A program made the translations under genes and the position numbers. A DNA stretch of 52,405 bases from a virus (Duplodnaviria > Caudoviricetes). The stretch spans positions 1 to 52,405 of the IMG/VR virus record IMGVR_UViG_3300034101_004390. One strand, 5' to 3'. The notes below the pieces were generated by a model. It was not told the origin of the DNA and ran no database searches. It saw only the letters and a list, made by a program, of their open reading frames with translations. Positions 52,366 to 52,405 of the stretch are shown here, piece by piece. Positions within the stretch are counted from its first letter, which is position 1; each line of letters opens with the position of its first letter.

Positions 52366-52405
52366 CTCCCGTTGCATTTCTCTACGGCAGCAACACCCTC
52401 AACAC

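Larger units (their letters stand above)
1..52405. mobile_element. Tailed dsDNA bacteriophage (podovirus-like), large partial or near-complete genome
   Basis: Terminase, portal, capsid, adaptor/nozzle, ejection, lysis and ERF/YqaJ genes in phage synteny; no tail tube, sheath or tape measure seen; no host housekeeping genes. Confidence 0.97.

Noticed and set aside
1-52405. tRNA/rRNA genes, terminal repeats, alternative genetic code
   Set aside because: No cloverleaf or rRNA-like segments recognised by eye, the window ends do not match each other, and genes are intact under the standard code with all three stop codons in use

Overview
The window is most of a tailed dsDNA bacteriophage genome (Caudoviricetes, podovirus-like, GC-rich, probably infecting a Proteobacterium). 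No host genes, integrase, DNA polymerase, primase/helicase, tRNA or CRISPR array were recognised. Layout: small early genes (1-2.7 kb); a non-coding junction with six DnaA-box-like 9-mers phased at about 11 bp; a long + strand morphogenesis region (terminase, portal, polyvalent cargo protein, GroES-like protein, scaffold, Mu gpT-like capsid, adaptor/nozzle, two tail fibres, ejection proteins, lysis genes); then a - strand recombination module (RuvC-like, YbcO, NinB, YqaJ, ERF) and small promoter-gene cassettes. The strongest unexplained signal is a protein-level grammar shared by six probable internal-virion proteins. About 25 [R/K/F/Y/M]-x-x-G-G sites sit at domain boundaries, and a short helix, [VI]-x-x-A-L-x-[VIT]-A-[RKQ], lies on the small pieces those sites would cut off. 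A free-standing small protein carries two copies of the 'D-x-[LV]-P...G-[ES]-Y-V' module that follows FAxGG sites in tape-measure proteins. I infer a candidate capsid cargo-tagging and GG-specific processing system in a phage with no recognisable prohead protease. Other highlights: an ejection protein with two matched arms of 18-aa repeats and two internal S74 autocleavage domains, two tail fibres with an identical C-terminal 12-mer, a pseudoknot RNA displaced from the capsid gene, two operator families and a probable small RNA of about 77 nt. All family assignments are by-eye motif recognition; no database searches were run.
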